A DNA stretch of 64,000 bases from Patescibacteria group bacterium (GTDB lineage: Bacteria; Patescibacteriota; Minisyncoccia; 2-02-FULL-40-12; IGHO2-01-FULL-4-A): the NCBI GenBank assembly GCA_038064015.1, contig JBBTUB010000015.1, positions 7,093 through 71,092 of the forward strand. Direction: 5' to 3'. The notes under the pieces were generated by a model. It was not told the DNA's origin. It did not search any database and was given only the letters and a program-made list of their open reading frames with translations. The position numbers were made by a program, and so were the translations under genes. This document shows positions 18,183 through 27,863 of this stretch, piece by piece. Positions within the stretch are counted from its first letter, which is position 1. Every line of letters starts with the position of its first letter.

Positions 18183-18719
18183 ATGGATGCACAAGACAAC
18201 ATCTACTCATTCCAACTTGCGCAAGAGCGGCGGCGGGCGCAGCTTCAGGGCGCCGAAGACCAGGAACAAAAACGCCAAGAACAAGCTGATCAGAAGCTTT
18301 TTAGGAGCGTCTTGAAAATTTCGATTATTTTGGACGCGATTGATATCGTATCACTCGGCACGATCGGCTGGTTTATTGGATGTATTGGAGATCTTTACCT
18401 CTACAAAAAAACTGGCCAATCAAAAGCCGGGCGCGCGCAAAAGAAAAAAATCATCATCGCGATCGTGGGAGAGAAAATTCCGATCGTAAATATTTTGCCC
18501 TTGAGGACGATTATGGCAATATTCTCAAACCCCAAAATTATGGCAAAAATTGCTCAGCGACTGCAGACTGCCAGTAAAATTCTCAACGTCGCCGCTAAAA
18601 TCCCGACACCGATCGCCCCAGAGCTCAAAGCCGCATCAAAAGTCGTAAATCTAGCAAATAGGAGAACTCAGATGGGGGCTCGAATGCTTAATACAAATGT
18701 AACTAATAAAGCGGCATGA
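18183..18719 (+). CDS. hypothetical membrane protein (T4SS-like cluster)
   Basis: 178 aa. Gln/Glu-rich N-terminus, one or two TM helices (ISIILDAIDIVSLGTIGWFIGCIG). Lys-rich. Confidence 0.4.
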   Translation: MDAQDNIYSFQLAQERRRAQLQGAEDQEQKRQEQADQKLFRSVLKISIILDAIDIVSLGTIGWFIGCIGDLYLYKKTGQSKAGRAQKKKIIIAIVGEKIPIVNILPLRTIMAIFSNPKIMAKIAQRLQTASKILNVAAKIPTPIAPELKAASKVVNLANRRTQMGARMLNTNVTNKAA

Positions 18720-19783
18720 AAAACATCATGAAATTCATGCTCTTGCTCTTCGTGGTTGCCGGGGTTTCCTTTGGCGCTTCGCTTGGGTTCAGTCAATGGC
18801 GCGACGCGAGGGTCACTGACAACCTGGACGCCAATGTGCTGCGCAGATTCGAAGGCCGAGAACCTCAACCAACGGAAAAAGGCTCGATCAAGCTGACAAC
18901 CGAGGAGGCGAGTTTTTTCCACGTCATACCCAACAAACAAGAAATTCGCTACTATCATGCCCGGACGGGCCAGATCAAATCTCTATCGTCGGCCAGGACA
19001 GCAAAGCCCGCCCTACTCGCCACGATCAAGCCGCGCGCGAGCGATCTCACGTGGTCACCTGATGGCACGGAAATCATCGCATCGTATGGTACCGAGCGAA
19101 TCTATGTGAACGTGACGGCCAGCACGCAGACCAAGCTCGACGCAAATATCCTCAATCCAAAATTCGGACCGGTATCTGATTCGGTTGCCTATCTTTATTT
19201 CGATAAAAAAACAGAGGCCGGGGTGATCAGCATCGCGGACTCGCAGTTTAAGACCTTTAAGAATCTTCTCAAGACACGCCTGAGCACCTGGGAGATCCAG
19301 TGGGCCGATGAGCGCAAACTTTCACTTCTTGCCGCGCCGCCCTCCTCGCGCCTACAATCCCTCTACCTCCTCACCATCGATCAGGAAGGGCTGGATATAC
19401 TCATCGACTCAAAGACTGACATCGAAACGAATTGGTCGCCCGACGGGCAACACCTTCTGTACTCCCGGAAAACGCAAAACGGGATCGAGCTATTCTTACT
19501 TGATCTTGCCACGCGAGCCGAAAAGCCACTCGAAATATCAAGTATGGCATCGAAATGCGGATGGACCTCTGATAGTAGCACGCTGTATTGCGGAGTCCCG
19601 GAAAAAGACTCTGACGATGCTATACTGAAAATTTCGATGACGGGTACTCAAGAAAAAATCTTTGCCCCCGCCGATGCGGGATTTGTAGATGCACGAAATA
19701 TCGTATACATTCCGATCCAAAACGCATTGCTTTTCAAGAACTTCAAAGACGGGCGGCTCTATCTTTTATCGCTGGCCAAATAA
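18716..19783 (+). CDS. secreted TolB-like beta-propeller protein (PD40/WD40-like repeats)
   Basis: Signal peptide MKNIMKFMLLLFVVAGVSFGASLG. Repeated WSPDGTEII / WSPDGQHLLYS motifs typical of TolB/PD40 beta-propellers. Confidence 0.55.
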   Translation: MKNIMKFMLLLFVVAGVSFGASLGFSQWRDARVTDNLDANVLRRFEGREPQPTEKGSIKLTTEEASFFHVIPNKQEIRYYHARTGQIKSLSSARTAKPALLATIKPRASDLTWSPDGTEIIASYGTERIYVNVTASTQTKLDANILNPKFGPVSDSVAYLYFDKKTEAGVISIADSQFKTFKNLLKTRLSTWEIQWADERKLSLLAAPPSSRLQSLYLLTIDQEGLDILIDSKTDIETNWSPDGQHLLYSRKTQNGIELFLLDLATRAEKPLEISSMASKCGWTSDSSTLYCGVPEKDSDDAILKISMTGTQEKIFAPADAGFVDARNIVYIPIQNALLFKNFKDGRLYLLSLAK

Positions 19784-20978
19784 GGCGCGCCATCAAAAGC
19801 GTGACCAACAATTCGGTAGCGACCGTGTTCCAAGCGGCGGCAGTCGCGCCATATTGGGGGATGAATAGCAGATTTAAGAGGACGTTGATCGCGGCACCGC
19901 ACCCATAGATCCATATTCCTTTCCGTTGAAGATCAAGCGCGATGATCGCGCTCCCAAAAAGATTTCCAAAGAAAATAATACCGATCGAAATGCTTAAGAT
20001 TCGCAATAACGGCACCGCCGCGCTAAATGCCGCATCTCCGATCAGAGCAATGATGGGATTCGCAAAAACAACCAACGCAACCACGGTGAGGGTCGCACCC
20101 GCGCCAAGCCTTCGCGCAGCGCGAAAAAAAACCGGTCGGAATTCGCTTGAACGAAAAGCGAATTTTGATAAAAGCGGCATGATGAGTCCCACATACATCG
20201 CGGGGAAAAATATCACGACTTCCAGCACTTTATAGGCCACGGAGTACATCCCGACTTCAGCCTCACTGCTCATCACCGAGAGCATGACGGTATCGATTTT
20301 AAAATAGACCAGGGTAAACACTAACGATGCCGCGATAGGAAACGCCGAGCGCAACATGCCCTTCCAATACACGACATCGATCTTGAGATGAAATGGTATG
20401 ATGTGGCGCGCGGCGACCACCGTGATGACCATGTGAATTACTTCCGCCACCACGTTAATCCATAGGACGGGGATTAACGCCACCATACCGTACTTCAAGA
20501 GCACCAGGAGCCCCCCAAGCTGAATCCCGCGCGTTATAAAGTCTCCTACGGCTACCACGCCCAGACGCAAATGCTTTTGAAATACTCCCATGAGCACCTG
20601 CGTGATCGACTGCGCCGCGGTCGCCAGAATGACGATCAATATCCCCATCGTTACGACGCTTCCGTACCCAACCAATGGCAGGAGCGCCACGGCGACCGCA
20701 GTAGTTACTCCGATCAATACCAAGCGAAGCGTGACAAGCAGGCCCGTGATGCGCGCTTCATCGGCTCCTTCACGAGAAATTTCACGCGTCAACAGTGTGC
20801 CGATGCCCATATCAGCGGCGATAGAGACAAAAAAGAGATACGCGTAGATCGTACTGTATTGGCCAAACCCCTCCGGCCCCAGTTGCCTCGTTAGAATCGC
20901 GAGGATGATTAACCCGAGCGTGTTGACCGCCGCGCGCGAAAAAAAGGCAATGCCAAAATTGCGCGAGATACTGCTCAT
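19743..20978 (-). CDS. MOP-superfamily flippase (MurJ/Wzx-like polysaccharide or lipid II flippase)
   Basis: 411 aa, about 12 TM helices. N-terminal FFSRAAVNTLGLIILAILTRQLGPEGFGQYSTIYAYLFFV typical of polysaccharide biosynthesis/MurJ family. Confidence 0.65.
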   Translation of the reverse strand: MSSISRNFGIAFFSRAAVNTLGLIILAILTRQLGPEGFGQYSTIYAYLFFVSIAADMGIGTLLTREISREGADEARITGLLVTLRLVLIGVTTAVAVALLPLVGYGSVVTMGILIVILATAAQSITQVLMGVFQKHLRLGVVAVGDFITRGIQLGGLLVLLKYGMVALIPVLWINVVAEVIHMVITVVAARHIIPFHLKIDVVYWKGMLRSAFPIAASLVFTLVYFKIDTVMLSVMSSEAEVGMYSVAYKVLEVVIFFPAMYVGLIMPLLSKFAFRSSEFRPVFFRAARRLGAGATLTVVALVVFANPIIALIGDAAFSAAVPLLRILSISIGIIFFGNLFGSAIIALDLQRKGIWIYGCGAAINVLLNLLFIPQYGATAAAWNTVATELLVTLLMARLIWPAIKDRAARL

Positions 20979-21436
20979 CAGGAAGACGCCAGCTTGATGA
21001 TAATTCTCCGATTCGGTTCTACGCCGATACTTTCTGTCTGGAGCGAGGTATACGAAGCGAGCTTCGTATGAAGTAGCTTACGCTCGTGGGCGCTCATGGG
21101 AGCGAGCGCTTCAGATACCCCCTTGGCGAGCACTCGCTGTGCGGCTTCGTCGGCAAGCTCAAAAAGTTTGATAATATGAGATTTTCGATAATCATCGACA
21201 TCCAGAAAAAAATCCGGCATGGCATGCTCAGCCATCCGGCGCGCACTGAGAAGCCGCACGATATGCTCAAGCGCGTAGAGGTGTTCGCCGCGAGCTCCGA
21301 TCAATGAAGTGAGGGGCTGCGAGGAAGCGATGCGAATCATCGGGAATAGGTCTTCAGTCCACGAACAGCCCGCCTCAAAGCCCGCTCGGGCAAGGATTTC
21401 CTCGGTCGTGGAAAGGATGATTTGTCGCGGATCCAT
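20978..21436 (-). CDS. jag: Jag/KhpB-like R3H RNA-binding protein
   Basis: Located immediately downstream of yidC. KH/R3H-like region (RIIIKLASS, ...ERKLLHTKLASY). Confidence 0.65.
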   Translation of the reverse strand: MDPRQIILSTTEEILARAGFEAGCSWTEDLFPMIRIASSQPLTSLIGARGEHLYALEHIVRLLSARRMAEHAMPDFFLDVDDYRKSHIIKLFELADEAAQRVLAKGVSEALAPMSAHERKLLHTKLASYTSLQTESIGVEPNRRIIIKLASS

Positions 21437-21441
21437 GGGGA

Positions 21442-22143
21442 TTATTGATATCTGCGCCGGATATACACCAGCTCAAAGATAGCAAACGCCGTCGTGGTAA
21501 TCCAGTAGAGGACGAGTCCCGCCGGCAAGCTCCACGAGATGACGACAATCATCACCGGAAAGATATACATCATCTGTTTCGTCATCTTCGCCGCGGCATC
21601 GTTGACCCCCGCGACCGGAGTCTTCTGCAGGCGTGTCGTCAAATATGACTGCACCCCTTGAAGGACACCGGCAATGATCGCCATAACGGGATACTTCTGG
21701 GCGAGGTCGAGAAAACCCAATCCGATATTCCCCAAGCTCCCCGGGTTATGAACGAAGGAATAGAGGCCGGAAAGATTTTCCGGTTTAACGCCATTAATGA
21801 AAACTCTATATAATGCCCAGATCACGGGAAGCTGGATTAATATCGGAAGGCATCCACTGAGCGGGTTCACCTTGTGCTCCTTCCAGAGCGCCATTTGAGC
21901 CTGCGCCAGTCCCTGCTTATCGCCCTTGTGCTTTACTTGCAGTCCCTGAATCTTTGGCTGGATCTCCGCCATCGCTTTTTGAGATCGCAGCGCTTTGAGC
22001 GAGAGGGGAATAAACACGATCCTGATGAGAATCGTGAGGAGGATGATCGCAACTCCAAGGTCATGTCCGGGAATGGTATTATAAATCCCGACCAAAAGGT
22101 TAAACAGGGGGCGATAGAGGATTTCATTGAAAAGAAACATCAT
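21442..22143 (-). CDS. yidC: membrane protein insertase YidC (short Gram-positive/Oxa1 type)
   Basis: LYRPLFNLLVGIYNTIPGHDLGVAIILLTILIRIVFIPLS...MAEIQPKIQGLQ...NPLSGCLPILIQLPVIWALYRV. Confidence 0.85.
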   Translation of the reverse strand: MMFLFNEILYRPLFNLLVGIYNTIPGHDLGVAIILLTILIRIVFIPLSLKALRSQKAMAEIQPKIQGLQVKHKGDKQGLAQAQMALWKEHKVNPLSGCLPILIQLPVIWALYRVFINGVKPENLSGLYSFVHNPGSLGNIGLGFLDLAQKYPVMAIIAGVLQGVQSYLTTRLQKTPVAGVNDAAAKMTKQMMYIFPVMIVVISWSLPAGLVLYWITTTAFAIFELVYIRRRYQ

Positions 22144-22337
22144 GGGTGGCAGGTAAGTAATCGTCGGACACTCGCAACCCCTCCGTCAACCAGTCCAAGG
22201 CGCCGGAGTGAGCGGATCGAGTACTCAGAACACGAAAGTTCATAGCGACAACCGCCGGTTGGACCAAAGGCGGTATGGAGCAGCGGAGAAATCATAGCTT
22301 GATAGGCTCGGATGAGAAAAATAATAACTTGACTCAT
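22140..22337 (-). CDS. yidD: membrane protein insertion efficiency factor YidD
   Basis: [20 protein letters not shown]...GGCRYELSCSEYSIRSLRRLGLVDGGVASVRRLLTCHP is the YidD signature. Confidence 0.8.
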   Translation of the reverse strand: MSQVIIFLIRAYQAMISPLLHTAFGPTGGCRYELSCSEYSIRSLRRLGLVDGGVASVRRLLTCHP

Positions 22338-22567
22338 AAATTTTTTGATGTGTGCTGCAGATCCTCCTTGATTTCTTGAAACCTTTTACCTACGATAGAA
22401 GGCAGGGCGATGATCGCGATGCCGGGCCCTGTGGAGAATGTGTGGATCGTGCGAATTGCTTCTCGAAGTCGCCGCTTGATGAGATTTCGCTGGACCGCTT
22501 TGGCCGCCACTTTCTTGGAAACCACAACTCGAAAGCTCTTTGATGGCTTGATAACTACGTACTTCAC
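22334..22567 (-). CDS. rnpA: ribonuclease P protein component
   Basis: ...[20 protein letters not shown]... (RNR motif region). Position between rpmH and yidD. Start may be a non-ATG codon upstream. Confidence 0.7.
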   Translation of the reverse strand: MKYVVIKPSKSFRVVVSKKVAAKAVQRNLIKRRLREAIRTIHTFSTGPGIAIIALPSIVGKRFQEIKEDLQHTSKNL

Positions 22568-22701
22568 GTAGACAAGCGCTTCCGCCCCTTGGCGCGTCTT
22601 CGCGAGAGAACTTTCTTCCCATTCTTCGTGAGCATGCGCTTTCGGAATCCGTGAGTAGCTTTACGCTTTTTCTTTTTGGGCCGATAGAGTGTTATTTTCA
22701 T
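22564..22701 (-). CDS. rpmH: 50S ribosomal protein L34
   Basis: Reverse-strand translation [48 protein letters not shown] at 22701..22699, TGA stop at 22566..22564. Confidence 0.85.
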   Translation of the reverse strand: MKITLYRPKKKKRKATHGFRKRMLTKNGKKVLSRRRAKGRKRLST

Positions 22702-22810
22702 ATATGTAGAGTATCACTTTTTTAAGTAATAGTCAAAAATAGCAGCCTATGAACATGTTATCAACTTCATCATCGTTCCCAGTCTTCCTCCCTTCACCTA
22801 TACTACCTTT

Positions 22811-24181
22811 ATGACGAACGAGGAGTTATGGAAAATCGTACTGACGGAAATGGAGCTCTCCTTATCGCGGGCAAACTTCACGACATGGTTCAAAGGAACG
22901 AATCTCCTGGCCAACGCGAACGGCTGCATGATGGTGAGCGTCCCCAATGGATTTATCAAGGAGTGGCTTGAGAACAAGTTCAATAAACAGATCTTTCACA
23001 TCATCAGGCAACATCATCCCGAAGTCCGGGAAATTAAGTACACCATTGGCATGTCGCGCCCCGAAGCGGTTTTGAGTAAGCGTGACTTCGTCCAGTTCAT
23101 CCCGGAACAACTCGTAAAAGAAGCCGCTCCGGAAGACGTTAACGCGGTGACGAACTTCAACAAACGCTATACATTTGATTCATTCGTCGTTGGGCCAAAC
23201 AACGAACTCGCCCATGCCGCAAGCCTCGCGGTCGCTAAAAAGCCGGGGCATCTCTATAATCCCTTGTTTTTGTATGGCGGCGTAGGGCTTGGCAAAACCC
23301 ACCTGCTCCAGGCAACCGGGAATTATATCGCGCACACGATGCCGGAGAAGAAAATGTGCTACATTTCCACCGAGCGGCTCGTAGCTCAAATCGTAGAGTC
23401 ATTTAAGAATAGGACTACTGAGCACTTGAAGCAGAAATTCCACGGACTTGATGTGTTGGTCGTGGATGATATCCAGTTTCTTTCGGGGAAAACCACGACC
23501 CAGGATATTTTCTTTTCGATATTCAATGAGCTTTACGCGAAAAATCGGCAGATTATTCTTTCTTCAGACCGGCCACCAAGCACGATTGCCGCACTCGAAG
23601 AGCGGCTCCGCTCGCGTTTTGAGGGCGGCATGATCGCCGATATCGGCATCCCGGAATATGAGACCCGTCTTGCGATTCTCGCCATGAAGGCAAAGGAAAA
23701 GAATTTTGAGATTGATGCTGAGTCACTTGACTATATTGCTTCAAATATCCAGAAAAATATCCGAGAACTCGAAGGCGCGCTCAACCGCATCATCGCATTT
23801 GGGCAGATTTACAACAAAACCCCAGCACTCAAAGAAATCAAGCAGCTCCTCGGCACCTACGTGAATGCCCCGTATCGAAAGCCCACCTCTCAATCAGTCA
23901 TCAAGTCCGTAGCGGACTTTTATCGCATCGCCCAAACCGACCTGGTAAAGCGCAGCCGCCGCAAGGAAGTGGTGCGTCCACGCCAAATCGCCATGTTTTT
24001 ACTCCGTGAAGAAGTGAAGTACTCATTCCCGGAAATCGGCGCAAGGCTGGGCGGGCGCGATCATTCAACGGTGATCCATGCATGCACTAAGATCAAAGAA
24101 GAAGAGCTTAATAATGACACTACCCGGCAAGAATTAAATCTGATCAAAGAGCGTATTTATCAAAATTTTGAAACTGCGTGA
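22811..24181 (+). CDS. dnaA: chromosomal replication initiator protein DnaA
   Basis: Walker A GGVGLGKTHLLQA, Walker B VLVVDDIQFL, sensor motifs, C-terminal DNA-binding helix (RKEVVRPRQIAMFLLREEVKYSFPEIG). TGA stop. Confidence 0.95.
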   Translation: MTNEELWKIVLTEMELSLSRANFTTWFKGTNLLANANGCMMVSVPNGFIKEWLENKFNKQIFHIIRQHHPEVREIKYTIGMSRPEAVLSKRDFVQFIPEQLVKEAAPEDVNAVTNFNKRYTFDSFVVGPNNELAHAASLAVAKKPGHLYNPLFLYGGVGLGKTHLLQATGNYIAHTMPEKKMCYISTERLVAQIVESFKNRTTEHLKQKFHGLDVLVVDDIQFLSGKTTTQDIFFSIFNELYAKNRQIILSSDRPPSTIAALEERLRSRFEGGMIADIGIPEYETRLAILAMKAKEKNFEIDAESLDYIASNIQKNIRELEGALNRIIAFGQIYNKTPALKEIKQLLGTYVNAPYRKPTSQSVIKSVADFYRIAQTDLVKRSRRKEVVRPRQIAMFLLREEVKYSFPEIGARLGGRDHSTVIHACTKIKEEELNNDTTRQELNLIKERIYQNFETA

Positions 24182-24318
24182 AATGTTAATAACTACTATC
24201 CACATCACTATCAACACGAGCACCCACAGTAATTTATGTTAATAATAACTAAGTAACTCTCACTAATTCATCCTTATCCACTATCTTATCCCTTCTTATA
24301 GTAGTATATAATATATCT
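24182..24318. promoter_or_regulatory. candidate oriC: AT-rich dnaA-dnaN spacer with DnaA boxes and putative DUE
   Basis: tATCCACA at 24197-24204, TTATCCACT at 24274-24282, and an AT-rich run tatagtagtatataatatatct at 24296-24318. Conserved rpmH-rnpA<->dnaA-dnaN arrangement. Confidence 0.6.
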
Positions 24319-25407
24319 ATGAAGATAATAATAAACCAAAATAAATTACAACTTGCTGTGCGTTCCGTGGAACGAGTGGTTTCGAAAAACGTTTCACTCC
24401 CGATTCTAAACACGATTCTTATTAAAACCGAAGGGGGACGCGTGAAGCTTACCACCACAAATTTAGAAGTCGGCATTCATTACTTTATCGGCGCTAAAAT
24501 CGAGGAAGAAGGGGTGATTGCGGTGCCGGCGCGCGTATTCTCTGAGTTTATCGGGAATATCCAAGATGAAAAAATAACTCTGAGCACCGAGCGGAATACC
24601 TTACTGGTAAATTCCGAACACTACCAGACGAAAATCCTCGGCATGGGGGCCGAAGAATTTCCAATTATTCCCACATTGCATAATGCGATAGAATTTAAAA
24701 TTCCAGTTACCGTTCTGAAGCAAGCACTCGGAAGTGTACTGGATTCCACCTCACTCTTGGAGACTCGACCGGAGCTTACGGGCGTATTCATCGCCGTGGA
24801 GCCTACGAGCCTGACGTGCGCCGCCACAGATAGCTTTCGCTTATCGGAGTATGTGGCCGCAGTAAAGACCGGCGCGAGTAAGTCTTTCATTCTTCCGCGC
24901 ACCACCGCGCTGGAAGTGATGCGGCTGGCGAGTGAGCATGAGGGAGGCGCAGAGATTGCCGTTTCAGAAAACCAAATTTCGGTACGGGGGGATGACTTTG
25001 AGCTCATCTCGCGGCTTATTGACGGGAGGTATCCTGAATACAAGAAAATAATTCCCGAAAAATACACCCAAGAAGTCACGGTGGGGAAACAGGAGCTCGA
25101 GCGCGCAGTCCGTATGGCGAGTATTTTTTCCTCAAGTATTTCCGATCTCCTCGTCAAAGTATCAAAAACTTCTATGGTATTAACAGCAAAAAACAGTGAC
25201 CGGGGAGAAATCGATGCCCAGCTTCCTTGTTCAGGAACGACCTCGCCGTTTGAAGTTTCAGTGAATTATCGGTATCTCTTGGATGGGCTCAAGGTGATCT
25301 CGGCCGGGGATGTGATACTCGGGTATACGGGCCCCGGGAGCCCCCTGGTAGTCAGAGGAGCCGGGCAGGACCACCAGCTCTACGTCATTATGCCCTTGCG
25401 GACATGA
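24319..25407 (+). CDS. dnaN: DNA polymerase III beta sliding clamp
   Basis: MKIIINQNKLQLAVRSVERVVSKNVSLPILNTILIKT... Three-domain beta-clamp length (362 aa). Immediately follows dnaA. Confidence 0.9.
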   Translation: MKIIINQNKLQLAVRSVERVVSKNVSLPILNTILIKTEGGRVKLTTTNLEVGIHYFIGAKIEEEGVIAVPARVFSEFIGNIQDEKITLSTERNTLLVNSEHYQTKILGMGAEEFPIIPTLHNAIEFKIPVTVLKQALGSVLDSTSLLETRPELTGVFIAVEPTSLTCAATDSFRLSEYVAAVKTGASKSFILPRTTALEVMRLASEHEGGAEIAVSENQISVRGDDFELISRLIDGRYPEYKKIIPEKYTQEVTVGKQELERAVRMASIFSSSISDLLVKVSKTSMVLTAKNSDRGEIDAQLPCSGTTSPFEVSVNYRYLLDGLKVISAGDVILGYTGPGSPLVVRGAGQDHQLYVIMPLRT

Positions 25408-25637
25408 AGGCCTTAGGATTTAGCAAGCTCAAAGCGAAGCTGGCAGCCCAAGCCCAAAGAGATAAAGAACTTCGAGAAATAATTGCCGGACTGGTGGATA
25501 TTTCGCAATTGAAGGAAATTTCCCGCTCACCACGTGCGATCGTGTTAGTCGCCGCGAATAAAGTATTCGCGCAAGAATTGTTTTTTAAAAAAGAAGCATT
25601 GCAACGCATGTTTTCCTGCGAAGTCGTTATAAAATAG
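25404..25637 (+). CDS. small protein, possible DUF721/DciA-like (helicase-loader family)
   Basis: 77 aa, overlapping the dnaN stop (ATGA). ...PRAIVLVAANKVFAQELFFKKEALQRMF resembles the DUF721 core (L-V-V-xx-ss-W-xx-EL-f-k). Position after dnaN is typical for DciA. Confidence 0.4.
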   Translation: MKALGFSKLKAKLAAQAQRDKELREIIAGLVDISQLKEISRSPRAIVLVAANKVFAQELFFKKEALQRMFSCEVVIK

Positions 25638-27825
25638 GGGGAGCCGTCACGAAGGGAACGGGAGTAGAGGATGCGCCCGGTTCCGAAGTTGGTTCGGCAG
25701 AAGGAGTAGGTTGCTGGCCTGTCTCCGTTACCCATTGCTGGACTGCGCTTTCCCAGTTGCGGAACATGCGGTCATTTTGGTTGATGTAGTAGAGGATCGA
25801 GTGAATCTCTCCATCGGGGCCATGATAGTCCCCGTTCATCATCGGGCGGTCATCAATGACCGGATTGGGCTTCCTGAAGTATTCTACGGGAGTTTTTTGC
25901 AGGGCGCGTCGCATGTACTCATTCCACACGGGGCCGGCAGCCGAAGCTCCGGCTCCGGCGGCGGTCATTGGGGAGTCGTCGTTGTTGCCGGTCCAGATAC
26001 CCGTCACCAGCGACGGCGTGTAGCCGATCAGCCACCCATCGCGGTTATTCTGTGTCGTCCCGGTTTTTGCGGCCGCGGGGCGTCCGGGGAGGACGAGTGA
26101 ATTATTAAATCCAAACGCCGGCGCACGCGCGTTGTTGTCGGAGAGAATGTCGGAAATCATCCGCGCGACCTGGGAAGGAAGTACCCGCTCGTCTTCGGGC
26201 TGGTACTCTTCCAGGATGGAGCCATCCGCAGTGGTGATTTTAAGAATGAATGTCGTGGGATTGCGAACGCCATCATTCGCGAAGACGCCGTAGCCTGAGA
26301 CCATGTCAATGAGACTCACTCCCGTGCCACCAAGGACCACGGAGAGCCCGTACGTCGTCTGTGGGTCCAGAGAGGCAAGTCCCATGCTGTGCGCGGTCTC
26401 GATGGTGTCCGTAATTCCCGCGAGATAGAATGCTTTGACGGCGGGGATATTGAGTGACCTTGCCAAGGCCTGCCGGATCGTGACCGGTCCCGAGAACGTT
26501 CCGCTGTAATTGCGGGGGTGATAACATGGCCCTGTGCCGTATGATTGGCCTCCTGATGGGTCGCAGGTAGGGTTAAACTCCGTCTTGAGGTCAAAGAGTA
26601 CCGTAGAGTCGCTATAGCCCTTGAGGAATGCTGTGGCGTACGCGAACGGCTTAAATGACGACCCCGGCTGTCGGATGTTGCTCAACGCGACATTGTAGTT
26701 GCCTTTTCTCTCGATCTTAAAATAATCCCGAGATCCGACGAGCGCGAGAAGCTGACCGGTCTTCGGGTCAATCGATACGAGCGACATATTGTCCGCTTTG
26801 TATTTCTTCTCGTTAATGTCGCCATACTTGGTGACAAGTTCCTGAGCGATATCTTGCTTCTCTTTGTCCAGGGTTGTGATTACTTTGAGCCCTCCATTTT
26901 CAACAAGCTCTTCGCCATACTTACTGATCAAGTATTCTTTTACCATGATCACAAAGTGCGCGGCGGGGAAGCGGTCTTCGGCTTCTTTGAATTTTGGAGC
27001 GTCTTGGATAGCGGTGTCATATTCCGCTTCCGTGATCATGCCGAGTTCCTTCATGCGCCGCAATACATACTGCTGTCGATTGGTAAGTTGGTCGACGTGA
27101 TTGCCATAGGGCGAATAATAGCTTGGTGCCTTGGGGAGTGCGGCGAGCGTCGCGGCCTCGGAGAGGGTCAACTCGATCGCGGGTTTGCCGAAAAAAGTCT
27201 GGCTGGCAGCTTCGATCCCGTATGCGTTGGATCCATAGGGGATTTGGTTGAGGTACATCCAGAAGATCTGGTCTTTTGAGTAGGCGCGCTCGATCTGGAT
27301 CGCGAGGATCATCTCTTTGATTTTACGGGTGATGGTCCGATCATCGCCAACGATCGCTTTTTTAACCAGCTGTTGTGTGATGGAAGATCCTCCCTGGGCG
27401 ACCTCAAAACTGCTGACGTCATGCCAGATCGCTCGGGCGATGCCGCGGAGGTTGATTCCCGAGTGGTCATAAAATCCCCAATCTTCCGTGGCGAGCGTCG
27501 CATTTTTTACGGAATCGGGGATTTGTTCCCACGACACGATCGTTCGCTTTTCTTCGCCGTGAACGTCGTAGAGGACCGTGACTCCGGTCCGGTCATAGAT
27601 CTTCGTGGATTCATTGATGTGGCGCACCGAAAGGATCGAAGGATCGGGAACCTGAAATATGAAATAGGTCACGACCACGACCGCAATGACCACGCAGCCC
27701 GCGGCAATTCCTCCGAGTGTCCAAAAAAACCGCTTCCAATTGCGCGGCTTGATGTATCTGACATAAAAAGACCGCGCGAGCCGGTAGAGCGAAGCAAGAA
27801 AATCTTGTACCTTTTTAAGTGTCAT
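25627..27825 (-). CDS. class A penicillin-binding protein (PBP1A; glycosyltransferase GT51 + transpeptidase)
   Basis: N-terminal TM. GT51 motifs EDWGFYDHSGINLRGIARA and QGGSSITQQL. Transpeptidase SxxK (PGSSFKP), SxN, KTGT(T) motifs. Confidence 0.9.
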   Translation of the reverse strand: MTLKKVQDFLASLYRLARSFYVRYIKPRNWKRFFWTLGGIAAGCVVIAVVVVTYFIFQVPDPSILSVRHINESTKIYDRTGVTVLYDVHGEEKRTIVSWEQIPDSVKNATLATEDWGFYDHSGINLRGIARAIWHDVSSFEVAQGGSSITQQLVKKAIVGDDRTITRKIKEMILAIQIERAYSKDQIFWMYLNQIPYGSNAYGIEAASQTFFGKPAIELTLSEAATLAALPKAPSYYSPYGNHVDQLTNRQQYVLRRMKELGMITEAEYDTAIQDAPKFKEAEDRFPAAHFVIMVKEYLISKYGEELVENGGLKVITTLDKEKQDIAQELVTKYGDINEKKYKADNMSLVSIDPKTGQLLALVGSRDYFKIERKGNYNVALSNIRQPGSSFKPFAYATAFLKGYSDSTVLFDLKTEFNPTCDPSGGQSYGTGPCYHPRNYSGTFSGPVTIRQALARSLNIPAVKAFYLAGITDTIETAHSMGLASLDPQTTYGLSVVLGGTGVSLIDMVSGYGVFANDGVRNPTTFILKITTADGSILEEYQPEDERVLPSQVARMISDILSDNNARAPAFGFNNSLVLPGRPAAAKTGTTQNNRDGWLIGYTPSLVTGIWTGNNDDSPMTAAGAGASAAGPVWNEYMRRALQKTPVEYFRKPNPVIDDRPMMNGDYHGPDGEIHSILYYINQNDRMFRNWESAVQQWVTETGQQPTPSAEPTSEPGASSTPVPFVTAPPIL

Positions 27826-27863
27826 GGTTGTAATTCTGCCACGAAATCGCTATAGTTACAAGC

